From positions 62,001-89,833 of the forward strand of contig JAWLHB010000033.1 in NCBI GenBank assembly GCA_041690595.1: 27,833 bases of DNA, written 5' to 3'. Made by a program: the position numbers and the translations under genes. Shown here one piece after another: positions 1-8,806 of the stretch (within the stretch, counting starts at the first letter, position 1; each line of letters starts with the position of its first letter). This stretch comes from Lentisphaeria bacterium. Its GTDB lineage: Bacteria > Verrucomicrobiota > Lentisphaeria > JABSQK01 > JAWLHB01. The notes below the pieces were generated by a model that saw nothing but the letters and a program-made list of their open reading frames with translations, searched no databases and was not told the DNA's origin.

Positions 1-1
1 C

Positions 2-397
2 CACCTCGGGCAGCCGGCAACGACCCTTTCCGGCGGCGAGGCCCAACGCGTCAAGCTGGCCACCGAGCTGGCACGCCCTCCCAAAGGCCATACCCTTTAT
101 ATCCTCGATGAGCCCACCACCGGCCTGCACATGGACGACATCCGCAAGCTCCTCGAAGTCCTCCTCGCACTTCGCGACCACGGTAACACCCTCCTCATCA
201 TCGAGCACAATCTCGACGTCATCAAGGTTGCCGATCACATCATCGACCTCGGCCCCGAAGGCGGCGATGGCGGCGGCCAGGTCATCGCCACCGGCACCCC
301 TGAAGAGGTCGCTCTGGTCTCCGAGAGCTACACCGGCCAGTTTCTCCGCGACACCCTCTACCCCCCTGATCCTCCTGTAAACCACTCTCTTCACTGA
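2..397 (+). CDS. uvrA: Excinuclease ABC subunit A, C-terminal fragment (5' truncated by window edge)
   Basis: The frame from base 2 reads [23 protein letters not shown]...[13 protein letters not shown]...[36 protein letters not shown]. This is the ABC signature, Walker B and H-loop of the second UvrA ATPase domain. Confidence 0.96.
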   Translation, partial: HLGQPATTLSGGEAQRVKLATELARPPKGHTLYILDEPTTGLHMDDIRKLLEVLLALRDHGNTLLIIEHNLDVIKVADHIIDLGPEGGDGGGQVIATGTPEEVALVSESYTGQFLRDTLYPPDPPVNHSLH

Positions 398-407
398 AGG
401 TGCCAGC

Positions 408-2363
408 ATGACCGCTCCTGCCCCCCTGCGTGTGGACATTCCCAAGGTCAGAGATCCCTTTGTCAATACCCCGCTGCTCCCCCTCGGCCCCGATTCCAAA
501 GGTGTCGATCAGTTCTGGATCTCCACCTGGAACGCTGTCGACGGCACCACCGCGGTCCGCATCGGGACCGACGGCGATTACCGGCTCTACCACTTCACCC
601 AACCACTCTATTGCGGCTTCTACAGCTGCGCCCCCGAGAGCCAGCGAAGCCTCTGGCTCTGCAACTGGCTGGATGGCGTCGTTCATCTCGACCTCGACAG
701 TGGCGACTATGAAAGCTATCCCACCGGCGCCGAGCGGGCTCTGGTCTTTGCCGGCATGGTCCTCGATCCCCCCACCGGCAGACTCTTCGCGCTGGCAAAC
801 GTCATGGGACATGGTCGCGCCGGCGGATGCGTAACCGCCTTCACCTTCGATACCCATACACGGCAGACCATCCAGTTGCACCGCGACTTCGCCCGCGATG
901 TCTACATGCGCGCCAGCTTCCCCAATGGCGACGGCACCTGGACCCTACTTCTCAACATCCCCGGTCTGAGCCTGCTGCGTTGGGATCCCGTCGCCGACAC
1001 CCTCACCGTCCGCCGCCTGCGCGACCACATGCCCCATGCCGTGCATCATGACTACAGCCGCATCCTGCAGGACGACCGCTTTCGACTCTATATGCCGCAC
1101 GAAGGTTGGTTCGATCCAGCCGAACAGACGCTTACCCCACTCAGCACCCCCCTTCACCGGGAGGCAAGCTGGCTCGGCATCCGCGACGGCAACATGATCG
1201 GCGTACGGGCCAACCGACACGACCTCGCGCTCATCGCCAGAGATCTCCAGACTGGCCACGAGCGTCACCTCGCCGTCATCGACAATGCCACCCCCCACTG
1301 CGTCAGCCTCACCAGCGGCAACCAGGCCATCTGCGTCAACGTCTACGGATTCATGTCCCTCCATGACCTCGACGACGGCCACCTGATATGCTCTCGCCGT
1401 CTCCCGGTCGACGCCGTGCAGCACCCCGACTGCCTCCGCCGCATCGACAGCCGGCGCCTCCTTGGCACCCCCTTCATCACCCAGCGCTTCTGGGAAATCG
1501 ACCTCGAATCCGGCCGTGGCTACGACTGCGGAAGAGCCGCACCTGGATGGGGAGAGATCCTCCAGACCTGGCGCATCGGCGGCAGGATCTATATGGCCGA
1601 GTATGGCGGTGGACGCCTGGTCGAGTACGATCCTGCCGAGCATTCGCACTTCCCCGAAAATCCGCGCATCGTGGCCGAACCCACCCACGCCATGCGCCCC
1701 ATTGCCGCCGCAGATGACGGCCGGGTGCTCTGGTATGCCTGCAGTTCTCCCTATGGCACCCTCGGCTCGACCGTCGCACGGTATGACACCCAGACCGGCG
1801 CCGCACACCACCTCGTCAATCCCCTGCCCGAACACAAGATCTGCGCGCTCTGGTACGACGCCGATCGTGATCTGCTGGTCGCCTCCACCTCCATTTCCAG
1901 CGACTGCGACAGTGCCCCTCCTACCGCCGATCGCGCCTGCTGCGCACTCCTCGATCCCGCTACGCTGGAGGTCGTCGAACAGATTCCCGCCGCCGAAGGC
2001 ATTCTGCACGCGACCCTGCGCGGGCCGCTCGGCAACGGCAGGTACCTCATCAGTTTCAGCGGCGATGCTCCCTTCCTCAACGGAGGCACCAGCTATGCGA
2101 GTCTCTCCATTGCACCACTCACCGTGCACGACGATCACTGGCCCGCACCCGGCGATTGGCTGCAGCTTCAGTTTGCTGGGGCCGATGGCCTCTTCGCCAT
2201 CCGCCTCGCCGATCGCATCGAACTATGGGACATGAACCGCCACGAGTGCCTGCGCCTCCTTCACCAGGGAGCATCCAAAGGCATGGTTGTGCAGGAGAGA
2301 AGCCTCTACATCATCCGTCACCACGACATCCTCGTCGACGACCATTCTCTCGCCGACATCTGA
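408..2363 (+). CDS. Hypothetical protein, 651 aa, probably beta-propeller-rich
   Basis: Long ORF starting 10 nt after the uvrA stop, with codon style like its neighbours. It has repeated short beta-strand motifs ending in [YFW]-D-x-x-[TS]-G (LDLDSG, LDPPTG, IDLESG, YDTQTG). No obvious signal peptide and no recognisable catalytic motif. Confidence 0.75.
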   Translation: MTAPAPLRVDIPKVRDPFVNTPLLPLGPDSKGVDQFWISTWNAVDGTTAVRIGTDGDYRLYHFTQPLYCGFYSCAPESQRSLWLCNWLDGVVHLDLDSGDYESYPTGAERALVFAGMVLDPPTGRLFALANVMGHGRAGGCVTAFTFDTHTRQTIQLHRDFARDVYMRASFPNGDGTWTLLLNIPGLSLLRWDPVADTLTVRRLRDHMPHAVHHDYSRILQDDRFRLYMPHEGWFDPAEQTLTPLSTPLHREASWLGIRDGNMIGVRANRHDLALIARDLQTGHERHLAVIDNATPHCVSLTSGNQAICVNVYGFMSLHDLDDGHLICSRRLPVDAVQHPDCLRRIDSRRLLGTPFITQRFWEIDLESGRGYDCGRAAPGWGEILQTWRIGGRIYMAEYGGGRLVEYDPAEHSHFPENPRIVAEPTHAMRPIAAADDGRVLWYACSSPYGTLGSTVARYDTQTGAAHHLVNPLPEHKICALWYDADRDLLVASTSISSDCDSAPPTADRACCALLDPATLEVVEQIPAAEGILHATLRGPLGNGRYLISFSGDAPFLNGGTSYASLSIAPLTVHDDHWPAPGDWLQLQFAGADGLFAIRLADRIELWDMNRHECLRLLHQGASKGMVVQERSLYIIRHHDILVDDHSLADI

Positions 2364-2381
2364 TTTCCGCCACTCGCGGGA

Positions 2382-4109
2382 TCAATCCGTCAGCTCATAG
2401 TTCGCCGGAATAAGGTTGTCGTAAACGAAGAGGATGGCATCTATCAACCCCTTCTTGGGGGCTGGATATGGCCCATTCAACTCGAGCGTAGCAAGGTGTA
2501 TCCTGGCATTTATGCTGAGCTGATTGTATCCGTTGCCGCTGGCCATACGCAGGTTCTCCCATGAGTCACCAGTCATCGAGAGCGGAAATGACCACTCTCC
2601 GCCTGTTCCAAAGCTGTGACGAAACCCAGGACCATAGGCGATCCAGAAATCGTTGGCACGCGCTCCGTTGACATAGAGGATGCAGTCGATTCCCCCGAGA
2701 AAATGGTACCCGCCACCAAGCGGCAACTGGTAATTGATGCTCTGCATGCCGCTCCAATCGACAATGTCGAAATAACCCTGTCCGTTTTCCATCCACATTG
2801 GCATTCCAACGACCATGCCAGTGGCATGGTCCACCAGCGCATAGCCACCATGACTCATCGGGTAGGTCGCTTCGTCGTCAACCGCCACACCCCGCATGCT
2901 CAGCGTGTAAAGTATCCACGGCGCCGAGGCGGCTGGCGCTGCGCTCTTCTTCTCTGTTGTCACATCCGCCACCACTTCCGCCAGACGAGAGCCAGCGGCG
3001 GATTGCTGCCAAGGTATGCCCAGGTCGGTTGCCACATTGCCCACCAGCTCACCATGCGGCGTGTTTTCGGCATTGGCCTTCCGCGTCTCCGCAAGATCGA
3101 TGCGACCGCTGATGCTCCCCATTCCATAGCAAGCCGTCCCTCCGCTCTCCCCGCCAAAGCGCGATTGACCGACCAGCGTCGCGCAGACCACGCCAGAGGC
3201 CGCTCCACCCAGCGGAACGGTCGATGGATGATGCGCACCGTAATATTGGGTGATGTGAAAGTATTCATCTTGGCTGCCCAGTAGTGATTCCTGACTGTCG
3301 TTCACCATGAAAAGATAGCCTCCGGCGCCAGGCGTGCACTCATAGCTCATTCCATAGTTATCCCAACGCTCGACATACGCACTGCCATTCGAGAACTTGC
3401 ACATATCCGTTACCGCCCCAGTCACCTGATCGATGATCATCGCTCCCTGCCCCGTCAACGCTTGACTGCCGCTGCTGTGAATGTTGCCGCGAAAGGTGTA
3501 GTCATAGATCACATTCCGCTGCTGCGTCGGCGCCGCCAGAATCCGGAACAGCGGAACCGTGGAGACGAACAGGTTGTTCTCCGACTCCTCCACGATCTCA
3601 CTTCCAGCATCCACCCGGCACGCCAGCCAGACGTCGAACGGCGTATTCAGGCCCGTGCCGATGCGGATCCGGATTGCAGTCCATGTTTCATCACCCGGAC
3701 CGAGCGCTGGAATGGATAGTGTCGCCAGTTGCGAATCGTCGGTGACATCGAAGTCCCCGTCGGTCGACAACCAGACCACCGCGATGCTCGACGGTGCCGC
3801 TTCCGTCCCGATGTTCGCTATCTTCAGAAAGAGCAAAATGAAGCCGTCTTCATAGACTTCACTCTTGTCGGAACTCATAGAGTCGTTCACCAAGTCTGGG
3901 CCGCTGCTCGGCGTGATGGTGAGCACGGCTCCACTTGTCGCTGTCTTCACCTCCACTTGCCGCTCCGCTGGCACTGGCGAAACCGGACCCGCGGCAAGAG
4001 ACTTCAGCCGCGCCACAATCGCCGACTCCCGCGATCCTCCCCTCACTGGCAAGGCCGCTATGGAAACCACTGCCAACAGCACCGCAATCTGTCCGTACCT
4101 CTTTATCAC
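2382..4109 (-). CDS. Secreted protein with a CARDB/Ig-like domain and a duplicated C-terminal domain of unknown function (paralogue 1)
   Basis: GTG start with an AGGGGG SD-like site. Sec-type signal (MIKRYGQIAVLLAVVSIAALPVRG). CARDB-like pattern PDLV...IANIGT.AA...WLSTD...IPALGPG.E...VDAGSEIVEESENN, followed by the shared ~370-aa C-terminal module. Confidence 0.85.
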   Translation of the reverse strand: MIKRYGQIAVLLAVVSIAALPVRGGSRESAIVARLKSLAAGPVSPVPAERQVEVKTATSGAVLTITPSSGPDLVNDSMSSDKSEVYEDGFILLFLKIANIGTEAAPSSIAVVWLSTDGDFDVTDDSQLATLSIPALGPGDETWTAIRIRIGTGLNTPFDVWLACRVDAGSEIVEESENNLFVSTVPLFRILAAPTQQRNVIYDYTFRGNIHSSGSQALTGQGAMIIDQVTGAVTDMCKFSNGSAYVERWDNYGMSYECTPGAGGYLFMVNDSQESLLGSQDEYFHITQYYGAHHPSTVPLGGAASGVVCATLVGQSRFGGESGGTACYGMGSISGRIDLAETRKANAENTPHGELVGNVATDLGIPWQQSAAGSRLAEVVADVTTEKKSAAPAASAPWILYTLSMRGVAVDDEATYPMSHGGYALVDHATGMVVGMPMWMENGQGYFDIVDWSGMQSINYQLPLGGGYHFLGGIDCILYVNGARANDFWIAYGPGFRHSFGTGGEWSFPLSMTGDSWENLRMASGNGYNQLSINARIHLATLELNGPYPAPKKGLIDAILFVYDNLIPANYELTD

Positions 4110-4220
4110 CGTTACCCCCTCATGTCCTTCTCCTGGCCTAATTTGGATTAATTAGAATGCCTTTAATCTTGAACCTTATTCATAATAATGGTCAATGAAG
4201 CGTTTTCACTGCTGTTTTTC

Positions 4221-4248
4221 AGATTACCATGACTGCACTTCGGGTCAA
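4221..4248 (-). promoter_or_regulatory. Putative sigma70 promoter for paralogue 1
   Basis: The minus strand reads TTGACC-16 nt-TAATCT with an extended -10 TG, in an AT-rich intergenic region ~110 nt upstream of the start. The 11-mer ATGGTAATCTG also occurs upstream of paralogue 2. Confidence 0.55.
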
Positions 4249-4291
4249 GGTGAATCTTACATTTTTCTCCCAACACTCAGCCAAGTATTCT

Positions 4292-4332
4292 TGCTGGGCC
4301 GGAGCCACCTCTCATGGCGACTCCGGCCCGCA
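4292..4332 (-). terminator. GC-rich stem-loop downstream of paralogue 2 (terminator or mRNA stabiliser)
   Basis: Inverted repeat GGGCCGGAG (4296-4304) / CTCCGGCCC (4321-4329), ~20 nt after the stop codon. No clear U-tract. Confidence 0.45.
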
Positions 4333-4350
4333 TGACTAACCCACAGGCAA

Positions 4351-6078
4351 TTATTCCGCCAATTCGAAATTGGCGGGAATCAGGTTCTCGACAATGAAGT
4401 AGAGGGCACCCATCGCATCCATCCTCTCGGCGGGATACGGCCCGTTCAACTCGAGCGTACCAAGGTGCACCTTGGCGTTCATGCTCAGCTGTTTGTACTC
4501 GTGGCCGGCGGACATGTCCATGTTGCGCCAGGTCTCACCAGTCAACGAGATTGGCAGTGACCACTGCTGGCCCGTGCCAAAATTATGCCGGAAATCAGGA
4601 CCATAACCGATCCAGAAGTAGGCCGCTCGCGCTCCGCTGACATAGAAGATGCGGTCGATTCCACCGAAGAAGTGGTACCCGCCGCCAAGCGGCAATTGGT
4701 AGTTGATGGGCTGCATGCCGCTCCAGTTGACAAGATCGAAGTAACCTTGACCATTCTCGACCCACATCGGTATCGCAACGATCAGGCCGGTGGAGTGGTC
4801 TATCAGCATGTAGCCGCCATAGCTCTTCGGGTCGATCAACTCGTCGCCTGCCGCCACACCACTCATGCTCAGCGTGTAGAGCATCCATGGCGGTGTGCTT
4901 GCCGTCCCGGGGCTCTCCTGCTTTGGCGGCACATCCTCGAGCACTTCCGCCAGATCCGAATCATCGCCCGTGACCTGCAAAGGAACGCCCAGACGGTTGG
5001 CCACATCCCTTGCCAACTCACTGTGCGGCTTGTTTTCGGCGTTGGCCTGTCGAGTCTCAGCAAGGTTGATGCGACCGCTGATGCTCCCCATGCCATAGCA
5101 GGCCGTGCCTCCGCTCTCCCCGCCGAAGCGCGATTGACCGACCAGCGTCGCGCAAACTGTCCCGGAGGCCGCTCCACCCAGTGGGACAGTCGACGGATGG
5201 TGCGCGCCATAGAATTGGGTGATATGGAAGTACTCATCCTCGCTGCCCAGCAGCGACGTCTGATCGTCGTTCACCAGGAAGAGATAGCCGCCCGAGTGGG
5301 GCGTGCATTCGTAGCTCATCCCGTAGAGATCCCAGCGCTCGATATAGGCGCTGCCATTCGAGTACTTGCACATATCCGTCACCGCCCCAGTCACCTGGTC
5401 GATGACCATCGCCCCCTGGCCCGTCAACACACGACTACCGTTGCTGTAGATGTTACCGCGGAAGGTGTAGTCATAGACCACATTCTGCTGCTGCGCCGGC
5501 GGCTCGACAATCCGGAACAACGGCTCCGTGGTGACGAACAGGTTGTTCTCCGAATCCTCCACGATCTCATCTCCCGCATCCACCAGGCACGCCAGCCAGA
5601 CATCGATCGGCGTGTTCAGCCCCTTGGCGATATGCGTTCGGGTCGCAATCCAGGTTTCATCGCCCGGATCGAGTGCCGGTACCGGTAAGGTTGTCAGTTG
5701 CTCATCGTCAGTGACATCAAAGTCGCCATCCGTCGACAGCCAGAGCACCGCCGTGCTTGCCGGTGCCGCTTCCGTCCCGATGTTCTCGATCTTCAGAAAG
5801 AGCGCGATGAAGCAATCTTCATAGACTTCTCTCGTGTTAGCTGCCGCTGCGCTGTTCACCAGGTCCGGACCGCTGCTCGGCGTGATGGTCAGCACGGCTC
5901 CACTTGTTCCCGTCTTCACCTCCACCTGCCTCTCCGCTGCCATCACGGACGATGTCGGCCCAGCGGTAAGCGATTCCAGACGATCGGCTATCGCCGAGTC
6001 CCGCGATGCTCCCCTCACCGGCAAGGCCACTATGGAAACCACTGCCAACAGCACCGCAAATAGGTTGTACCTCTTCAT
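4351..6078 (-). CDS. Secreted protein with a CARDB/Ig-like domain and a duplicated C-terminal domain of unknown function (paralogue 2)
   Basis: ATG start with a GAGG SD. Signal peptide MKRYNLFAVLLAVVSIVALPVRGA. Co-linear with, and highly similar to, 2382..4109 over the full 575 aa. Confidence 0.85.
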   Translation of the reverse strand: MKRYNLFAVLLAVVSIVALPVRGASRDSAIADRLESLTAGPTSSVMAAERQVEVKTGTSGAVLTITPSSGPDLVNSAAAANTREVYEDCFIALFLKIENIGTEAAPASTAVLWLSTDGDFDVTDDEQLTTLPVPALDPGDETWIATRTHIAKGLNTPIDVWLACLVDAGDEIVEDSENNLFVTTEPLFRIVEPPAQQQNVVYDYTFRGNIYSNGSRVLTGQGAMVIDQVTGAVTDMCKYSNGSAYIERWDLYGMSYECTPHSGGYLFLVNDDQTSLLGSEDEYFHITQFYGAHHPSTVPLGGAASGTVCATLVGQSRFGGESGGTACYGMGSISGRINLAETRQANAENKPHSELARDVANRLGVPLQVTGDDSDLAEVLEDVPPKQESPGTASTPPWMLYTLSMSGVAAGDELIDPKSYGGYMLIDHSTGLIVAIPMWVENGQGYFDLVNWSGMQPINYQLPLGGGYHFFGGIDRIFYVSGARAAYFWIGYGPDFRHNFGTGQQWSLPISLTGETWRNMDMSAGHEYKQLSMNAKVHLGTLELNGPYPAERMDAMGALYFIVENLIPANFELAE

Positions 6079-6210
6079 CTCTGTTACCTCACAAGGTTTG
6101 ACGCTTCCAGGTTCATACCGAGTGTTCCGCGTAGCTTCATGCCTGCCTCCCTGCGGTATCTCGCCCGCATGGAATGGTTCTAATTATGCACCTATTACAC
6201 TTCGGTGGCC

Positions 6211-6246
6211 GAAAACGATGGAAGATCGTTTTCTACAGATTACCAT
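6211..6246 (-). promoter_or_regulatory. Putative extended -10 promoter of paralogue 2 with an adjacent perfect 9-bp inverted repeat
   Basis: Minus-strand TGgTAATCT (hexamer 6237-6242) is identical to the paralogue 1 -10 context. GAAAACGAT-5 nt-ATCGTTTTC at 6211-6233 overlaps the expected start site. The -35 element is poor. Confidence 0.4.
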
Positions 6247-6683
6247 AGCCACATCACGCGAATACCAGCAATGACCGCCACTGTCCAACCACCGGACAAG
6301 GTGACGCAGGATCCCAATACTCTTTCAAATCCGCCTCGGAACGTGCCTGCTCCCATACCGTTTCCGTATTCTTTTTTTTCCCGGTTTGGGAGCTCGAATT
6401 TCACGAAGCCCGCATGGCGGCCTTTTCTGAGGGCAGGATTTAGCGGATTTATCGCTGTTCTGGTTTACAAACCCGATGCAGACCTGTATTAGTACAGTTT
6501 CGAAACCGGGCAGGTTGGATGCACCTTGGTCAGCGCGGCCCCCGGAGACGGCTAAAATCCTGTTGTCGAGTTGCAAGGTGCACGCGTGTTCGGTCGTATC
6601 CTCCGTGGGGAGGAGGCGAGCGAGACAGCGCGCGCTGCGTTGTCAGAAGCAGCAAAGTCAGCAACCGTCAAGAGGAGTAGCAT

Positions 6684-8717
6684 ATGTCGAAATTCACCTC
6701 AGCCAAGGTACGAAATTTCACCCTCGCCGGTCATTCCGGCTCTGGTAAGACGCTGTTGGCAGACACGATGCTCTTCAATGCCGGCAAGGTTACCAGAGTC
6801 GGTAAGGTTGAAGACAAGACCAGCGTGTCAGACTATCGGCAGGAAGAGCAGGACAAGGGACAGAGCTTGTTCGCCACACCGCTGCATTGCTCCTGGAAGG
6901 ACAACGAGCTCTTCTTCGTTGATACTCCCGGCAATCTCGATTTTCAGGGAGAGGCCTGCGCCGCCCTCAGCGTCTGCGACACCGCGCTCATCGTCATTGA
7001 CGCCCACAGCGGCATCGAGTTCGGCACCGTCCGGACCATGAAGATGGCTCGCGAACGCGGCTGCCCACGCGCTATCTTCGTCAATGGACTCGATCGGGAA
7101 AATGCTGACTATTTCAAGATCCTCAAGGAGATTCAGGACAACTACGGCGCGACCACCTGCATCCCCATCACCCTCCCCGTCGGCGAATCCGCCAATTTCA
7201 GCAGCGTGGTCCATGTCCTCCGCGGTGAAGATGTGCCTGCCGAGCTTGCCGAACTGGTCAGCACCTATAAGACGACGCTGATGGACACCGTCGCCGAATC
7301 CGACGAAGAGCTGATGATGCGCTATCTCGAAGGCGAAGAGCTGAGCGAGAAGGATATCTCGAAGGGATTGCACGCCGCCGTGCAGGCGGGATCCCTGATC
7401 CCCGTTTTCTGCGGCAGCGCCGCCCGGAACATCGGCATCGAACAGCTCATGAACGGCATCGTCAATCTCTTCCCCGATCCTTTGGCCCTCGGTCCTGTCG
7501 CACTCGCTGACGGCAGCACCATCCAACCCAAAGAAGATGGCGATGGCCTCGGCTTCGTCTTCAAATCCGTTATCGATCCCTTCATCGGCCAGCTCACCTT
7601 CATGCGCGTCTATACCGGCAGCATCACCTGCGAAGGCGACATCCTCAATGTCAGCCGCAACACGCGCGAACGCTTCGGTAGCATGCTGCTCACCAACGGC
7701 AAGGAACAGGAAGCACTCGACTGCGCCGTCCCCGGCATGATCGTTGCCGTCCCCAAGCTCAAGGCCACCCATATCAACGACACCCTCTCCACCAACACCG
7801 CCTCTCACGGCAAGCTCAAACCCATCGTCTTCCCGAAACCTACTGCTTCCTTCGCCTGCTATCCGGTCAAGAAGGGTGACGATGACAAGATCGCCACCGC
7901 CCTGCATCGCCTCGCTGACGAAGACCCCACCGTCAAGGTCGAAAGGCAGGAAGAAACCGCGGAACTCCTCCTCTACGGCATGGGCGATCAGCACCTCAGG
8001 CTCATCATCGACCGCGTTCACGCCAGTGCCCACGTCGAAGTCGATCTGCGCAAGCCCAAGGTTCCTTATCGCGAGACGATCACCAAGGAAGGGGACGCCA
8101 AATACCGCCATAAGAAGCAGACCGGCGGGCATGGTCAGTTCGCGGAAGTCTGGCTGCGCATAGAGCCGATTACCGAGCAGGAGTACGAATTTGCCAATGA
8201 AGTCGTCGGCGGGCATATCCCCAAGAACTTCATTCCCGGCGTCGAGAAAGGCGTGGTCGATGCCATGAAGAACGGGCCACTCGCCAACTGCAAGGTCATC
8301 AACATCCGTGCGGCTGTCTACGACGGCAAGTATCACCCCGTCGATTCCTCCGACATGGCCTTCCAGATCGCCGGGCGATCCGCCTTCCGCGAGGCCATGC
8401 GCAGCGCCAACCCCATCCTCCTCGAACCCATCATGCACGTCCGCATCACCATTCCCCCAGACTACATGGGCGACATCAGCGGCGACCTCAACCAGCGGCG
8501 TGGACGCATCCTCGGCATGGCGCTGGAGGATGGCATGCAGACCGTCGAGGCCGAGGTGCCACTCGGGGAAATGCACAACTATTCGTCGCAGCTCCGCTCC
8601 CTGACCCACGGACGTGGCTCCTTCAGCATGGAGTTCATCCGCTACGATCAGGTTCCCACCAATGTCTCGAAGCAGATTCAGGAAGAGGCCGCCAAGGATT
8701 CGGCTGAAGAGGAATAG
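6684..8717 (+). CDS. fusA2: Elongation factor G-like protein (EF-G2/FusA2 type)
   Basis: GAGGAG SD. G1 GHSGSGKT, G3 DTPG, G4 NGLD. Domain IV KKQTGGHGQF and YHPVDSS. Domain V LLEPIM...GDISGDLNQRRG...LRSLTHGRGSF. Not in an rpsL-rpsG-tuf context and with a divergent switch I, as expected for the secondary paralogue. Confidence 0.93.
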   Translation: MSKFTSAKVRNFTLAGHSGSGKTLLADTMLFNAGKVTRVGKVEDKTSVSDYRQEEQDKGQSLFATPLHCSWKDNELFFVDTPGNLDFQGEACAALSVCDTALIVIDAHSGIEFGTVRTMKMARERGCPRAIFVNGLDRENADYFKILKEIQDNYGATTCIPITLPVGESANFSSVVHVLRGEDVPAELAELVSTYKTTLMDTVAESDEELMMRYLEGEELSEKDISKGLHAAVQAGSLIPVFCGSAARNIGIEQLMNGIVNLFPDPLALGPVALADGSTIQPKEDGDGLGFVFKSVIDPFIGQLTFMRVYTGSITCEGDILNVSRNTRERFGSMLLTNGKEQEALDCAVPGMIVAVPKLKATHINDTLSTNTASHGKLKPIVFPKPTASFACYPVKKGDDDKIATALHRLADEDPTVKVERQEETAELLLYGMGDQHLRLIIDRVHASAHVEVDLRKPKVPYRETITKEGDAKYRHKKQTGGHGQFAEVWLRIEPITEQEYEFANEVVGGHIPKNFIPGVEKGVVDAMKNGPLANCKVINIRAAVYDGKYHPVDSSDMAFQIAGRSAFREAMRSANPILLEPIMHVRITIPPDYMGDISGDLNQRRGRILGMALEDGMQTVEAEVPLGEMHNYSSQLRSLTHGRGSFSMEFIRYDQVPTNVSKQIQEEAAKDSAEEE

Positions 8718-8759
8718 TCGCCTCAGGGTATTCCCCGCTTCATCGACGGCATTCAAGTC

Positions 8760-8793
8760 AGGGGTGGCGCGCCGGCGCGTCACCCCTTTTCTT
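8760..8793 (+). terminator. Rho-independent terminator after the EF-G-like gene
   Basis: Hairpin GGGGTGGCGCG-CCGG-CGCGTCACCCC followed by TTTTCTT. Confidence 0.8.
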
Positions 8794-8806
8794 ACCCCCG
8801 GCCCGC

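Noticed and set aside
6205..6748. Short ORFs in the intergenic region before the EF-G-like gene
   Set aside because: Atypical composition, no convincing SD or motifs, and mutually overlapping.
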